Source: a virus. Taken from it: a DNA stretch of 5,526 nt. The translations under genes were made by a program, and so were the position numbers. Below are positions 5,336 to 5,526 of this stretch, one piece after another. The notes under the pieces are model-generated. The model was not told where the DNA came from and made no database searches. It worked only from the letters and a program-made list of their open reading frames with translations. Within the stretch, counting starts at the first letter, position 1. The number at the start of each line of letters is the position of its first letter. Where the stretch lies: IMG/VR virus record IMGVR_UViG_3300045988_097647, positions 1 through 5,526 of that record. One strand, given 5' to 3'.

Positions 5336-5449
5336 CTACATGCGGATACCGCCGCGCATGTTGCGAGATTTAAGATTTTTAAGCCGCGGAACGGCGTGAT
5401 TACGAAAGTTCCGGCGTGAACTACCGCGAGAAATTCTACTTCTTCTCAT
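5336..5449 (-). CDS. VP8: Small arginine-rich DNA-binding protein (VP8 / phiX174 J-like), 37 aa
   Basis: Hand translation of the reverse complement of 5336..5449: ATG AGA AGA AGT AGA ATT TCT CGC GGT AGT TCA CGC CGG AAC TTT CGT AAT CAC GCC GTT CCG CGG CTT AAA AAT CTT AAA TCT CGC AAC ATG CGC GGC GGT ATC CGC ATG TAG. This gives MRRSRISRGSSRRNFRNHAVPRLKNLKSRNMRGGIRM, with 11 Arg and 3 Lys in 37 residues. SD AAGGAG lies 8 nt upstream. The ORF sits directly upstream of Rep. The ATG spans the circular junction (5449 equals window position 2). It is missing from the ORF track because of the length cutoff. Confidence 0.6.
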   Translation of the reverse strand: MRRSRISRGSSRRNFRNHAVPRLKNLKSRNMRGGIRM

Positions 5450-5526
5450 TTTTTTTGCTCCTTAAATACAAACCAAGACACAAAATGTTAAGAATTTTTT
5501 CCCAAAAAGCGGGAGTAGCTTTTTTC
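5448..5526. repeat. Second copy of terminal redundancy (circularisation overlap)
   Basis: Exact copy of window positions 1-79. Confidence 0.9.

Overview
This window appears to be one complete circular ssDNA genome of a gokushovirus-like member of the Microviridae. The unit length is 5447 nt, and window positions 1-79 are an exact repeat of 5448-5526, consistent with a linearised circle. Every credible gene lies on the minus strand, so the window shows the complement of the packaged, mRNA-sense strand. Read on the coding strand from high to low coordinates, the order is: Rep/VP4 (317 aa, rolling-circle motifs present); a 110-aa unknown ORF; a VP5-like 93-aa ORF; a VP3-like scaffolding protein (148 aa from its best start); major capsid VP1 (545 aa); VP2 pilot/minor capsid protein (265 aa, Gly/Ala-rich); an 89-aa ORF with one N-terminal transmembrane helix; and a 37-aa arginine-rich VP8/J-like DNA-binding ORF. 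The 37-aa ORF is below the ORF-track cutoff and spans the circular junction. This matches the usual gokushovirus order (VP4-VP5-VP3-VP1-VP2-VP8) plus two extra small genes. Non-coding features worth attention are listed next. (1) A perfect 19-bp inverted repeat sits in the 207-nt VP3-VP1 spacer; its viral-strand loop CTACTTGATC contains ACTTG|AT, the phiX174 gene-A nick motif, so it is a candidate origin. (2) A near-textbook sigma70 promoter (TTGACA-N17-TGgTATAAT) overlaps the Rep stop and is preceded by three tandem 10-bp repeats. (3) A second, sequence-related promoter follows the VP5 stop and precedes a structured ~200-nt leader before VP3. (4) An identical 18-nt stop/Shine-Dalgarno cassette occurs at two gene junctions. 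All functional calls rest on motif and architecture recognition without database searches and need confirmation.
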